Shown here: positions 9,582 to 19,006 of the stretch, piece after piece
Layout of the letters: every line of letters starts with the position of its first letter
Position numbering within the stretch: the first letter of the stretch is position 1
Assembly (NCBI GenBank): GCA_965368975.1
Contig: CBDUPA010000003.1
Location: 385,387 to 449,386, forward strand
Source: an uncultured bacterium
Lineage (GTDB): Bacteria > Acidobacteriota > Thermoanaerobaculia > Multivoradales > JAHZIX01
Direction of reading: 5' to 3'
DNA: 64,000 nucleotides
Notes under the pieces: generated by a model
What the model was told of the DNA's origin: nothing
The model's input: only the letters and a program-made list of their open reading frames with translations
The model's database searches: none
Translations under genes and position numbers: made by a program

Positions 9582-10403
9582 ATGAGACTGAGCAACGAAC
9601 AGCTCCGAACTTACCAGGAAGATGGCCTGTTACTGCTGCCAGAACTCTTCTCGGCCGACGACGTGGCGGCAATCAAGCGCGCGATGCAGCCGCTGCTGGA
9701 AGAAGAGTCGCCGAGCCGCGTCTTGGAGAAGGGCGGCACCTCGGTACGGGCTCTGCATGGGTGCCACCTGACACACGACTTCTTCCAGCGCTTGACGCGC
9801 CATCCCGCGCTGCTCGAGCCAGCGCGCCAGGTTCTGGAGAGCGACGTCTACGTGCACCAGTTCAAAATCAACACCAAGGCCGCCTTCGAAGGAGACATCT
9901 GGGAGTGGCACCAGGACTACATCTTCTGGCGCAATGAAGATGGCATCATGGATCCGCGTCTGGTCAACATCTCGATCTTTCTCGACGACGTGACCGAGTT
10001 CAACGGTCCCTTGCTGGTGATTCCCGGCAGTCAGCGACACGGCGTCATCCTGCTGGAGGGTGACGAAGCACCGCCCGAGGGCTACGAGGATCAGCCGGAT
10101 TGGGTCTCGAACCTCACCGCCGATCTCAAGTACTCGATCGGCCGGGAGCGCCTGGCGGAGCTGGTCGAGGAGAGCGGCGGCATCCGGGCACCCAAGGGGC
10201 CCGCGGGCTCCGTGCTGTTGTTCCACCCGAACGCAGTCCATGGCTCGGCGCCCAACATGTCTCCCTGGGACCGCGCGCTGCTGCTGGTGACCTACAACAG
10301 CACCGAGAACCTACCCGAGCCGGTGCCGAATCCACGTCCCGATTTCCTCGCCTCTCGCGACTTCACACCCTTGCAGCCCCTGGCGGCGGGGGAGGGGCTG
10401 TAG
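9582..10403 (+). CDS. Fe(II)/2-oxoglutarate dioxygenase, PhyH family; L-proline trans-4-hydroxylase-like
   Basis: VYVHQFKIN.K, WHQDYIFW (HxD), NGPL..IPGS, VHGSAPNMSP..R. Resembles my recollection of Dactylosporangium proline 4-hydroxylase over the full length. Confidence 0.8.
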   Translation: MRLSNEQLRTYQEDGLLLLPELFSADDVAAIKRAMQPLLEEESPSRVLEKGGTSVRALHGCHLTHDFFQRLTRHPALLEPARQVLESDVYVHQFKINTKAAFEGDIWEWHQDYIFWRNEDGIMDPRLVNISIFLDDVTEFNGPLLVIPGSQRHGVILLEGDEAPPEGYEDQPDWVSNLTADLKYSIGRERLAELVEESGGIRAPKGPAGSVLLFHPNAVHGSAPNMSPWDRALLLVTYNSTENLPEPVPNPRPDFLASRDFTPLQPLAAGEGL

Positions 10404-10482
10404 GTTTCTTCGCCCAGTGAAGTACCTTCAGCTTTTGCCGCGCCGGTAGCTACTGGCTGCCGGGCGCTACGGGCAGCGGGCG

Positions 10483-11499
10483 CTACGGGCTGCTGGGCGA
10501 ACAGTGACGAGCGGCCAGATCTGCGCGTGCATCGCCCTGCCAGGCTGCGCCGAGAATGGCCTCGACGACCAGACGTTTGTCGTCGGGGGTGAGTGGTGCC
10601 GCCTCGACCCAGTAGCCGGTTGTCGGTAGCGAGGGCCCCCCTGCTGGTGACTCGGGCGGCTCTGGATCGCCGGCTCGAGTGGCAGCCGGCTGGTAGTAGC
10701 GGCCGGCATACCGGCCGTCGCGGAAGGAGCGAGTCCACAGCCCGAAGAGCGTGTGCCGCAGGTCGACAGCCGCACACAGACGCGATCCGCGGCGGGCGAA
10801 GAGTCGTTCGACCTCGTTCGCTATCGACAAGATGTGCGCACCGAAGTCACCGAGGGCTGCCAGGTAGGCCTCACGCTGTGCCCACGCGGGCAGGTCAGGT
10901 AGCAATATCTCGGCACGCTGCTGCAAGCTCTGTCCTACGCCATCCAGTGGCGCCGCCTGGGATGGCGGCCAGAGGCCGGCCAGGTAGACGTCGAGCAGTG
11001 CATGGAGGAGCTGCTCGGCAGCGTCTACAGGGAGGTCGCGGAAGGGCCGCATCCGGCCATTGCTTCCGAGATAGCTGACGTGCAGGAAAAGACTTCCCGG
11101 ATGTGATGATCCCTCTGGGAGGGGGGCGAAGTCCGCCGGTTGGCGGATGTTCGGGCTGCCGTCTTTGCGCTGGTCAGCTGCTGCGTCCGAGGACGAGATC
11201 GCGGCCCAGGGGAGCGCGTAGGCCATGGGTGCACCGGGATTCTGGTGCCAGACGAGGGCCAAGCGGGACCCCAGAGAGCGAGCGAAGTCGAGGGGTAGGG
11301 CGGCGGGTGGTTCGGCCGCGCGCCGCAGCAGGTCTTGCAGCAAGTCCGGCCCAGCAGCCTGCGTGGCGACGGGTGATTGCGCCGGAGCCGCCTGAGCAAG
11401 GCAAATAGCAAGGGCAAGGCAGAGGCAGAGGCAGGGAACCGTAGAGAGGCCAGTAGAGAGCGGGGGCGAGACGGCGGTCCAGCGGTTGAAAGGGCTCAT
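10483..11499 (-). CDS. Hypothetical secreted protein
   Basis: 338-aa ORF filling the gap; signal-peptide-like CLCLCLALAICLAQAAPA; no family recognised. Confidence 0.5.
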   Translation of the reverse strand: MSPFNRWTAVSPPLSTGLSTVPCLCLCLALAICLAQAAPAQSPVATQAAGPDLLQDLLRRAAEPPAALPLDFARSLGSRLALVWHQNPGAPMAYALPWAAISSSDAAADQRKDGSPNIRQPADFAPLPEGSSHPGSLFLHVSYLGSNGRMRPFRDLPVDAAEQLLHALLDVYLAGLWPPSQAAPLDGVGQSLQQRAEILLPDLPAWAQREAYLAALGDFGAHILSIANEVERLFARRGSRLCAAVDLRHTLFGLWTRSFRDGRYAGRYYQPAATRAGDPEPPESPAGGPSLPTTGYWVEAAPLTPDDKRLVVEAILGAAWQGDARADLAARHCSPSSP

Positions 11500-11578
11500 A
11501 CCTTCACCTTACGCGCGACGATCACGAAACGCCATTGCCGGCGGTCCAGCTTCACCGATAGAGGTAAGATGGCAACCC

Positions 11579-13945
11579 ATGCAAGAGGAACCGAACTTCC
11601 GCACCGTGCGCTCCGCCTTGCTGCGCGACCCGTTCGTGCTCAGCGTCGCGGCACTGATCTTGGTGTTGGCCTTGCCGTTCTATCTTCCGTTGCTGCCGCA
11701 GTCGTCGCTGAAAGAAGCTGCGTTTCATTACAGCGACTTCCTGTTGCTGCTGCTGACGTCCCTGGCCTTCTTCCCGGCCAGCTCCGCGGTGCTGTCCGAG
11801 CAGAGCCGGCGTTTCTACCAATACTGCACGATCGGCTTCGGCTTCTGGTTGCTGATCGGTGTGCTCGATGTTCTGTCGTTGGAGACCTTGTCCATCCAGT
11901 ACCTGTGGATGACCGACGTCTTCAGCGACATTCTCTACCTCCTGTTCTACCTGTCCCTGGTGATGGCCTCGGCGGTACGGCCGGACCGCCGCCCGGAGTC
12001 GCACTCGCAGCGCCTGGTAGACAACTTCGATGCTTCCGGTTCGATCCTGTTCATTTTCGGGCTGTTGGTGTACTTCATCGTCATCCCGATCACCACGAGC
12101 CCGGCAGACTACGACTCATGGCTGCCTTCGCTGCTGCTCTACGTGGTCCTCGACCTCTACCTGGCGGTGCGCTTCGGTTACCTTGCATCGACCACTCCCG
12201 GGCTGCGTTGGCGTGCCACCTACGGCCTCATGACCATCGGCGCCCTGAGCTGGGCTCTTCTCGATTTCATCGAGGCGCTGTCGCACATGCCCAATCCGTG
12301 GCTCGAGCCCTACCAGCCGACCCTGATCGATCCGTTCTGGTCCTTGCCGTTCTTGATCTTCGTCGCCGCCGCGCGGGTGCGCGACCTGAAGCTGCCGGAT
12401 CACTCGCTGGACGGGACGCTGGTCCTGGCGGAGACCGAACTCGATTCCGGTCGAGGCGGTTGGCGCAAGCTGGCCGGCCCTCTGGTCATGTACACCTTTC
12501 TTTTCCCCTTCCTGCACCTCGGCCTGCACACCCTGGGTCTGCTGGCGCCCGAGGGCCGCTTCGCACGCGAGTTGCTGGTGCTGTTCTTCCTCATCTCGCT
12601 GGGTTCGATGGCGCTGGTCAAGCAGCACTTGATCGAGAATCGTAACCTGACACTGCGCGAACAGCGGCGACAGGCGGAGGAGGCTATCCGGTTGCTGGAG
12701 AAGGCCTTCCAGACCATGCCCTTGGGCCTGACCATCACCGACCTCGAGGGTCGCATCCTGTTCACCAACCCGGCCGAGGCCGAGATGCATGGCTATTCGG
12801 TGGGTGAGTTGGTGGGCCGCGATGCCTCGCACTTCGGGCCGGCGGAGTTCCGCAGCGGTCAGCGTGCCGACACGCTGTGGCGGGCGGGTACCTGGCACCG
12901 GGAGAGCCTCAATATCCGGCGCGATGGCAGCAGTTTCCCTGTGCAGTTGATCTCGCACGTGGTGCGCGACCAAATCGGGTATCCGATCGCTCTCGTGACT
13001 TCGTGCGAAGACATCACGGAGCGCAAGCGCAGCGAGCGGCGGGCGCAGCGCATGGAGCATCTAGCGGCCCTCGGTCAGATGTCGGCGACGCTGGCCCATG
13101 AGATTCGGAACCCACTGGGCGCGATTGCCCTCAATCTGCGGTATCTCAGCGACTTGCTAACGGGGGACGCCACCGAGCCGGGGCCAGAGGAAGCCGCCAA
13201 GGAGGCCCTGGAAACGATGGATGACCTCTTTGCCGGTGTCGAGCGCTTGCAAGGCCTGGTACAGGGTATTCTCAACTTCACCCGGCCACTGGTCTCCAAC
13301 TTGACGCGCGAGGATCTCAGCGACGTGCTCACTTCGGCGCTCGGTACCGCCACGGGAGTTGCCAAGGAAGCAGGCGTCGAGGTCGTGCGCGAACTGCGCC
13401 ACCCACCGACCAAGGTCGACGTCGATGCCGCTCAGATCAAGCAGGTCTTGACCAACCTGATCGAGAACGCGGTGCAAGCGATGCCAGAGGGCGGCCGCAT
13501 TACCGTCACTTCCCAGCTGCTCGGTGACACCGTCGAGATCCGAGTCAGCGACACCGGCTCCGGGATTTCACCCGACAATCGTGAGAAGATTTTCCAGCCC
13601 TTCTTTACCACCAAGGTGACCGGCATCGGCCTGGGCTTGGCGATCGTCTTCCGCATTCTCGAGCAGCATGGCGGACACATTGCAGTCGAGGACGCCGATG
13701 CCAGCGGCGAATCCACCAGCGCGCCGACAGGCAGTACCTTCGTCTTGACCTTACCCGTGGCCGGCACCCACGATCCGCGAGATGTGCCGCTCGATGTGAC
13801 TCCTCCCGAGTTCCCGAACGAGTCCGCAGCAGCCCCCCAATCCGACGATCCGGCACACCTCGACCGCACCCTGCGGCCAGAGTCGGTAGCGCAGCCGGAG
13901 ACTTCATCCGAGGAGAACAAGCCCACCCATGTCGCCAGCAGCTGA
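11579..13945 (+). CDS. Multi-TM PAS-domain sensor histidine kinase
   Basis: About 10 hydrophobic segments, PAS/PAC (ITDLEGRILFTNPA...DITERK), H-box AHEIRNPL, N-box NLIENA, DTGSGI, FFTTK, GIGLGL. Start chosen at ATG 11579. Confidence 0.92.
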   Translation: MQEEPNFRTVRSALLRDPFVLSVAALILVLALPFYLPLLPQSSLKEAAFHYSDFLLLLLTSLAFFPASSAVLSEQSRRFYQYCTIGFGFWLLIGVLDVLSLETLSIQYLWMTDVFSDILYLLFYLSLVMASAVRPDRRPESHSQRLVDNFDASGSILFIFGLLVYFIVIPITTSPADYDSWLPSLLLYVVLDLYLAVRFGYLASTTPGLRWRATYGLMTIGALSWALLDFIEALSHMPNPWLEPYQPTLIDPFWSLPFLIFVAAARVRDLKLPDHSLDGTLVLAETELDSGRGGWRKLAGPLVMYTFLFPFLHLGLHTLGLLAPEGRFARELLVLFFLISLGSMALVKQHLIENRNLTLREQRRQAEEAIRLLEKAFQTMPLGLTITDLEGRILFTNPAEAEMHGYSVGELVGRDASHFGPAEFRSGQRADTLWRAGTWHRESLNIRRDGSSFPVQLISHVVRDQIGYPIALVTSCEDITERKRSERRAQRMEHLAALGQMSATLAHEIRNPLGAIALNLRYLSDLLTGDATEPGPEEAAKEALETMDDLFAGVERLQGLVQGILNFTRPLVSNLTREDLSDVLTSALGTATGVAKEAGVEVVRELRHPPTKVDVDAAQIKQVLTNLIENAVQAMPEGGRITVTSQLLGDTVEIRVSDTGSGISPDNREKIFQPFFTTKVTGIGLGLAIVFRILEQHGGHIAVEDADASGESTSAPTGSTFVLTLPVAGTHDPRDVPLDVTPPEFPNESAAAPQSDDPAHLDRTLRPESVAQPETSSEENKPTHVASS

Positions 13946-15434
13946 TGACCCCACCCGCGGTGCCAACCGTGCGCGCCCTACCGTCCTCCTCGTCGAAGAC
14001 GACGATCTCTTCCGACGTTCCCTGCACAAGGTGCTCAAGCAGCACTACCGGGTTTCGCAGGCCGCGGATGCCGATGCCGCGGTTGCACAGCTGACGGAGA
14101 CCTCACCAGACTTGGTACTTCTAGACATCATGTTGCCGGGTACCGACGGGTTGCAGGTGCTCAAAGAACTACGGCGACGCGATCCCGAGTTGACTGTCCT
14201 GATGCTGACCGCGGTGGAGAAGATCTCGACCGTCGTCGAAGCGATCCAGCTCGGAGCCACCGACTACCTGACCAAGCCGGTCGACACGGACGAATTGGTG
14301 CTCACCATCGACCGTGCACTCGAGGCGGCGGCGATGAAGCGGGAGTTGGCCCAGCGACGGGAGCTGCAACGGCTATCCAACCAGCGCTTCCAGCTGATCG
14401 GTGAGAGCCCGGTGATCCGCCAAGTGCGGCACGATATCGACGTGGTCGCCGGCACGGACGCGACAGTGTTGCTGGAAGGCGAGACTGGCACCGGCAAGGA
14501 AGTGGTGGCGCGAGGTATCCACGCGGCGAGCAAGCGGGGGAGCGGAGCCTTCGTGCCGGTCAACTGCGGTGCTCTGCCCAAGGACTTGATCGAGGCAGAG
14601 TTCTTCGGCCATGCGCGCGGTGCCTTCACTGGTGCCGACCGTAGCGGCATCGGCAAGTTCGAGCTGGCGCACGGAGGCACGTTGCTGCTCGACGAGATCG
14701 GTGAGCTGACACTGGATGCCCAAGTCAAGTTGTTGCGAGTGCTCGAAGAACAAGAGTTCTATCCGGTCGGTGGCAGCCGGCTACGGCGCGTCGACGTGCG
14801 TGTGATCGCGGCCACCAACAGGGACTTGCAAGAACAGGTGCAACAGGGGACCTTCAGGGAAGATCTTTACTTCCGCCTCAACGTCTTCCGCATCGTCTTG
14901 CCCCCGCTGCGCGAGCGCGGCGAAGACGTCATGCTGCTGGCCGAGCACTTCTTGGCACAGCTCAACCGAAAATTCAGCAAGCACTTCACCGGCTTTGAAC
15001 CTGAAGCTGCCGAGGCCCTGCTGCAGCGATCCTGGCCGGGCAACGTGCGTGAGCTTCGCAATCTGATCGAACGCCTCGTGCTGGCAGAAGACGGCGAGCG
15101 CGTCACGCTGCCACACCTCGCCTTCTTGCGTCCGTTGGGCATGGGGCGGTACGTACCGGCTGGTTCCACGGCGTTGACTTCGGGCAAGTCGACCTGGGAC
15201 GAGTCAACCGCGGGTCCGAGCGCTCCAGCGGAGAGTTCCGAAGGGGCTGCGGATGAGGCCACGGCAGAGCGCTTCCGTTTGCCGGCCGAGGGGCTGGATC
15301 TTGAAGACCTCGAGAAGGCACTCATGCGGCAGGCGCTGGAGCAAGCGAAGCAGAACAAGGCCAAGGCGGCCCGGCTGCTCAACCTATCGCCGCCGACCTT
15401 CTACTACCGGCTGCAGAAGTACGGCATCGAGTAA
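13929..15434 (+). CDS. Sigma54-dependent response regulator (NtrC/AtoC/PilR family)
   Basis: REC domain (LLVEDDD, LLDIMLP), GETGTGKE, GAFTGA, LDEIGE, FREDLYFRLNV, WPGNVREL, C-terminal Fis-type HTH. Confidence 0.95.
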   Translation: MSPAADDPTRGANRARPTVLLVEDDDLFRRSLHKVLKQHYRVSQAADADAAVAQLTETSPDLVLLDIMLPGTDGLQVLKELRRRDPELTVLMLTAVEKISTVVEAIQLGATDYLTKPVDTDELVLTIDRALEAAAMKRELAQRRELQRLSNQRFQLIGESPVIRQVRHDIDVVAGTDATVLLEGETGTGKEVVARGIHAASKRGSGAFVPVNCGALPKDLIEAEFFGHARGAFTGADRSGIGKFELAHGGTLLLDEIGELTLDAQVKLLRVLEEQEFYPVGGSRLRRVDVRVIAATNRDLQEQVQQGTFREDLYFRLNVFRIVLPPLRERGEDVMLLAEHFLAQLNRKFSKHFTGFEPEAAEALLQRSWPGNVRELRNLIERLVLAEDGERVTLPHLAFLRPLGMGRYVPAGSTALTSGKSTWDESTAGPSAPAESSEGAADEATAERFRLPAEGLDLEDLEKALMRQALEQAKQNKAKAARLLNLSPPTFYYRLQKYGIE

Positions 15435-15611
15435 GAGACGCGGCCTGGCTGGTACACCAGGCTTGCCAGGATATGGTGAGGTGGAGTCCAGCAGCTGAAG
15501 AGAGAATTCGCAGCCGAGTAGCCACTCCTCACGCCGTATTCCCCCCGTCTAAAATCCTGCAAAGTACCTTCCTGTAGCGGTTTACGCTCCTCTTTGGAGC
15601 GCTTCTCGTGA

Positions 15612-15628
15612 CTGGCGCGTTTCTTGCT
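15612..15628 (+). promoter_or_regulatory. Sigma54 (-24/-12) promoter of the pilin operon
   Basis: CTGGCGCGTTTCTTGCT: GG at 15614-15 and GC at 15626-27 give the canonical spacing; about 65 nt upstream of the first pilin gene. Confidence 0.75.
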
Positions 15629-15691
15629 TACCTCCAAGTGTAGCGACTCGACGCACTCCGTGCTCGCACCGTCGCTCAATGATGTCGCTCG

Positions 15692-16558
15692 ATGAGCTAC
15701 TCAATGGAGGTCCCGATGACACGCCGCAAGCAACCGCGCCTTACGCCCCGAAAGAAATCGACACAGGGGTTCACCCTGGTCGAACTCCTGGTCGTCATGG
15801 CGATTGCGTTCGCCCTCATGATGATGGTCGGATTGCCGCTACTCAACACCCTGAACGCCCGCAAGCTCGACGGTTTCGCCCGCCAGGCGACAGTCCTGAT
15901 GCGCAAGGCCCGCCTCGAGTCGATCGGCAACAACGTGCCGGCCGTCGTGGTGATCGATGTTGACCGCGGCGAAGTACTGGCTTTTGGCGATGTGCACAAC
16001 GGAGCGGGAGACCTGCTGCGTCCCGACTTCGCCTACACACCGGTCGCGGGGCTGCTCGGCAAGGACACCGACTACCAAATAACTCGTCTCCGCCTGCCCA
16101 ATGGAGTCGACTTCTCGGCACCAGCCGGCCACGACGTTCTCAGTGGTTTCACCACCAAGCGTCCGGCCTACAATTCTGATGGCATCGAGGTCGCATCGCT
16201 GCCGGCCGGTAGCGGTCTAGGCGGTGGCTTGGGCGGGGGCTTGGAGGGAGGCCTCGCAGCTGCTTTCTGGAGCGCTGACGGAGATGGCGGCGACTACGGG
16301 GGCACCATCGAGACCTGGGGATGGGAGGAAGACACCTCTTCCGGCAACTTCAACATCGATCGACCGCGCCTGGTGTTCAGCTCGACCGGATCCGTTCGCA
16401 CCACGGGCTGGGTTCGGGTGGGAGACAGCAGCGACAACTACCTGGAGATCCGCATCGAGCCGGCCGCGACCGGCAAGGTGAAACTGCGCAAATGGGATCG
16501 CGACTCCGACGAGTGGCGCTACCAAGGCGAGGGAGGGGAGGCCTGGGAATGGTATTGA
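15692..16558 (+). CDS. Type IV minor pilin, FimT/FimU (GspH-like)
   Basis: Class III signal QG/FTLVELLVV, KARLESI, and C-terminal LVFSSTGS. Confidence 0.8.
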   Translation: MSYSMEVPMTRRKQPRLTPRKKSTQGFTLVELLVVMAIAFALMMMVGLPLLNTLNARKLDGFARQATVLMRKARLESIGNNVPAVVVIDVDRGEVLAFGDVHNGAGDLLRPDFAYTPVAGLLGKDTDYQITRLRLPNGVDFSAPAGHDVLSGFTTKRPAYNSDGIEVASLPAGSGLGGGLGGGLEGGLAAAFWSADGDGGDYGGTIETWGWEEDTSSGNFNIDRPRLVFSSTGSVRTTGWVRVGDSSDNYLEIRIEPAATGKVKLRKWDRDSDEWRYQGEGGEAWEWY

Positions 16559-17097
16559 GACGCTCCTCTCGACGCGGCGGGCACCTACTTGCCGAGCTGC
16601 GCCGTGAACAAGGCCTATCGCTGGTCGAGACCCTGATTGCCGCGGCCATGCTGCTGATCGTCGCGATCGGTGTCTTGCCGCTGTTCACCCGGGCATTGAG
16701 CCACAACATCGCCGGTCGCGAATCGACGATGGTGAGCAACATGGCCAAGTCCGAAGTCGAAGAGATGGTGCAGATCCCCTTCGACAGCGCGCTGCTGGTC
16801 CTCGGCGCGGGGCAAACTGAAAACGGTGTCGAAGAATATTGGTCCGAGACGCAGCGCAGGTGGCTGACAACCCTGCCGAGCACCGACAAGACGACCTGGG
16901 TACGTAGCACCATCGTGCGCCAGTACAGCATCAACGACCTCGAAGACGATGCCGTCTTCAACACTCCGCTCGACGGTGCCGCGCTTCCAGGCTTCGTCCA
17001 CCTCAAAGAGATCGAAGTGCAAGTCTGGAACGCCCGTGGCAACGGCCCGCTCGGTGGTGGCAAACGCCTCACGCTCAAGATGTTGAAAGCGAAATGA
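16549..17097 (+). CDS. Type IV minor pilin, PilV-like
   Basis: QG/LSLVETLIAAAMLL prepilin motif; second position in the operon. Confidence 0.75.
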   Translation: MVLRRSSRRGGHLLAELRREQGLSLVETLIAAAMLLIVAIGVLPLFTRALSHNIAGRESTMVSNMAKSEVEEMVQIPFDSALLVLGAGQTENGVEEYWSETQRRWLTTLPSTDKTTWVRSTIVRQYSINDLEDDAVFNTPLDGAALPGFVHLKEIEVQVWNARGNGPLGGGKRLTLKMLKAK

Positions 17098-18386
17098 ACG
17101 TACCTTTCGTGCACCGAGTCACAAGGAACACCAGCATGCGACGCCACGCCCCAACCCACTGCCATCCCTGCGAGGCCGGCTTCAGCCTTTTCGAGGTGCT
17201 GGTATCCCTCTTTGTGACCGCAACCATCCTGGTCGCTGCGCTCAGCTTGTTTGATTTCAACAATCGCGTCACGCGGGTCGAGACGCAGGTGGCGGAGATG
17301 CAGCAGTCGTTGCGCGTGAGCCAGCAGGAAAGCGTTCGGCTGGTGCGCATGATCGGTCGCGGAGGTCTGCCCTCTGCCGATCCGACGCGCAAGCCCTGGC
17401 CGACCGGGATCTCACTCGAAGTGCAGAACAATGTCTCCTCGGGTACCCAGCTAGGCAGTGGCGCTTCGGCACCGACGGTGCGTGCCAACACCGATGTGCT
17501 GACCGTACGCGGTGTCTTCTCGGCGCCCATGTACCAGATCAACTACACCGACCCGAGCCTCTTCACGCTGACGCCGCCGCCGCCGTCGGCTCCGACCGAA
17601 GGGACGATCGTGATCATCAACCGGAGTCCGACGGGAGTTCTGCAGTCGCTGAGCCCGTTCAAGGATGCCGTCGACGCTGGCCGCCGCGAAGCAATCCTGC
17701 TGGTGAGCCCGATCGATGACACGCAGTATGCGATCGTCGAACTGGATCCGGCGGCCAGCACCGTCGCGGCAGACCAGAGTAGCGCCACGTTGGCCTTCAA
17801 GGTCAGCGGCGGCACCAACACGGCGTCCTACCTGCAGATGTCGACCGGTGGAGCGTTTCCGGCAACGCTCAGTACTGTCGCCTTCGTTTCGATCCTGGAG
17901 GAATACCGCATCTTCATCCAGGAGTCGACCGATCAGGTCGACCGCTTCCAGAACCCCGTGCCACGCCTCGTCCGAGGCCGCTTCTTCCCGAACACCAACA
18001 GTCTGCACACAGCGTCGGATAGCTTGGCCGATGTCGCCGACTACATCGTCGACTTCCAGGTCGCCCTGGGGATCGATCTCAATGACGACGGCATCGTTGC
18101 TGATCTGGACAGCAACGCCGACGAATACTTGTTCAATGCGACCGGTGACAACGCCGGTGACGCGGCCTGGCAGACCAATCCGTCGCCACCGCTCTTCCAC
18201 CTGCGTCTGACCACGCTGGCGCGCACCAACAATCCTGATCCCGGCTACCGCGACCGACCGATCACCAAACTTGAAGATCACGTCTACAACGAGTCCGAGG
18301 TCCCCGGCAGCGAGACGGCTCGCCGCGAGCGTACCTATCGCCGCCGCTCGGTGACCACGACTGTCGATCTAAGGAACTTGTCATGA
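17094..18386 (+). CDS. Type IV minor pilin, PilW-like
   Basis: AG/FSLFEVLVSL, MQQSLR, VADYIVDFQVALGID and the typical PilW C-terminus RRSVTTTVDLRN. Confidence 0.8.
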   Translation: MNVPFVHRVTRNTSMRRHAPTHCHPCEAGFSLFEVLVSLFVTATILVAALSLFDFNNRVTRVETQVAEMQQSLRVSQQESVRLVRMIGRGGLPSADPTRKPWPTGISLEVQNNVSSGTQLGSGASAPTVRANTDVLTVRGVFSAPMYQINYTDPSLFTLTPPPPSAPTEGTIVIINRSPTGVLQSLSPFKDAVDAGRREAILLVSPIDDTQYAIVELDPAASTVAADQSSATLAFKVSGGTNTASYLQMSTGGAFPATLSTVAFVSILEEYRIFIQESTDQVDRFQNPVPRLVRGRFFPNTNSLHTASDSLADVADYIVDFQVALGIDLNDDGIVADLDSNADEYLFNATGDNAGDAAWQTNPSPPLFHLRLTTLARTNNPDPGYRDRPITKLEDHVYNESEVPGSETARRERTYRRRSVTTTVDLRNLS

Positions 18387-19006
18387 CCCTCTTTTCTTCG
18401 ATCCGCCGAGGCTCCGACACCCAGGCTTGGTTGGCTCGAGCGTGGCGCTCCGGTGCGCGACGTTCCGAGAACGGCAGTGCGTACATCACCGTCCTCCTGG
18501 TAATGCTGGTCCTGACCATGATGGGCCTGGTTCTCAGTCTGGTGACCCAGACAGAGATGGAAATCGGCGCCAACGAGCGATTGATCAACCGGACCTTCTA
18601 TGCGGCCGATGCCGGCATCGAGGTCGCCATCGCCAAGGCCCTGGTGACCAACGACTATACGGCCAAGACCTTTCTCTACAAGGACGTCACCGGTGGCCCG
18701 ATAGCCGAACTCGAATTCGGTTCCGAAGTGTCTCTCACCCCGATGTTGCCGATTCTCGACTTGCCCTGCAACCTGTGTGAGATCAACAACGCTAGCACCT
18801 ATCAGGGTGGCGGCAGCGCCCTGCGCAAGATCAACTATGCAGTGACCTCGACCGCCGTGCGCTATGGCCTCGGCGGTAATGGTACTCGGCGTCCGCTGGC
18901 CAGCAAACAACTCAGTGCCACCATTCAGGTGGAGCCGTGGCATGCCGCGACGGACGCCCTGCTGGCCCTCAACGACCAGACCCTGATCGACCAGATCAAG
19001 TTCTGA
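18383..19006 (+). CDS. PilX-like minor pilin
   Basis: NG/SAYITVLLV (no Glu5, as in PilX) and TFYAADAGIE. Confidence 0.8.
   Translation: MTLFSSIRRGSDTQAWLARAWRSGARRSENGSAYITVLLVMLVLTMMGLVLSLVTQTEMEIGANERLINRTFYAADAGIEVAIAKALVTNDYTAKTFLYKDVTGGPIAELEFGSEVSLTPMLPILDLPCNLCEINNASTYQGGGSALRKINYAVTSTAVRYGLGGNGTRRPLASKQLSATIQVEPWHAATDALLALNDQTLIDQIKF

Noticed and set aside
9582-10403. Ectoine hydroxylase EctD
   Set aside because: Lacks the EctD signature FxWHSDFETWH (has WEWHQDYIFW) and there is no ectABC.
11569-11581. Out-of-frame ATG with good RBS (GAGGT) 10 nt before the kinase start, suggesting a frameshift
   Set aside because: The in-frame ATG at 11579 gives a complete kinase; no need to invoke a frameshift.
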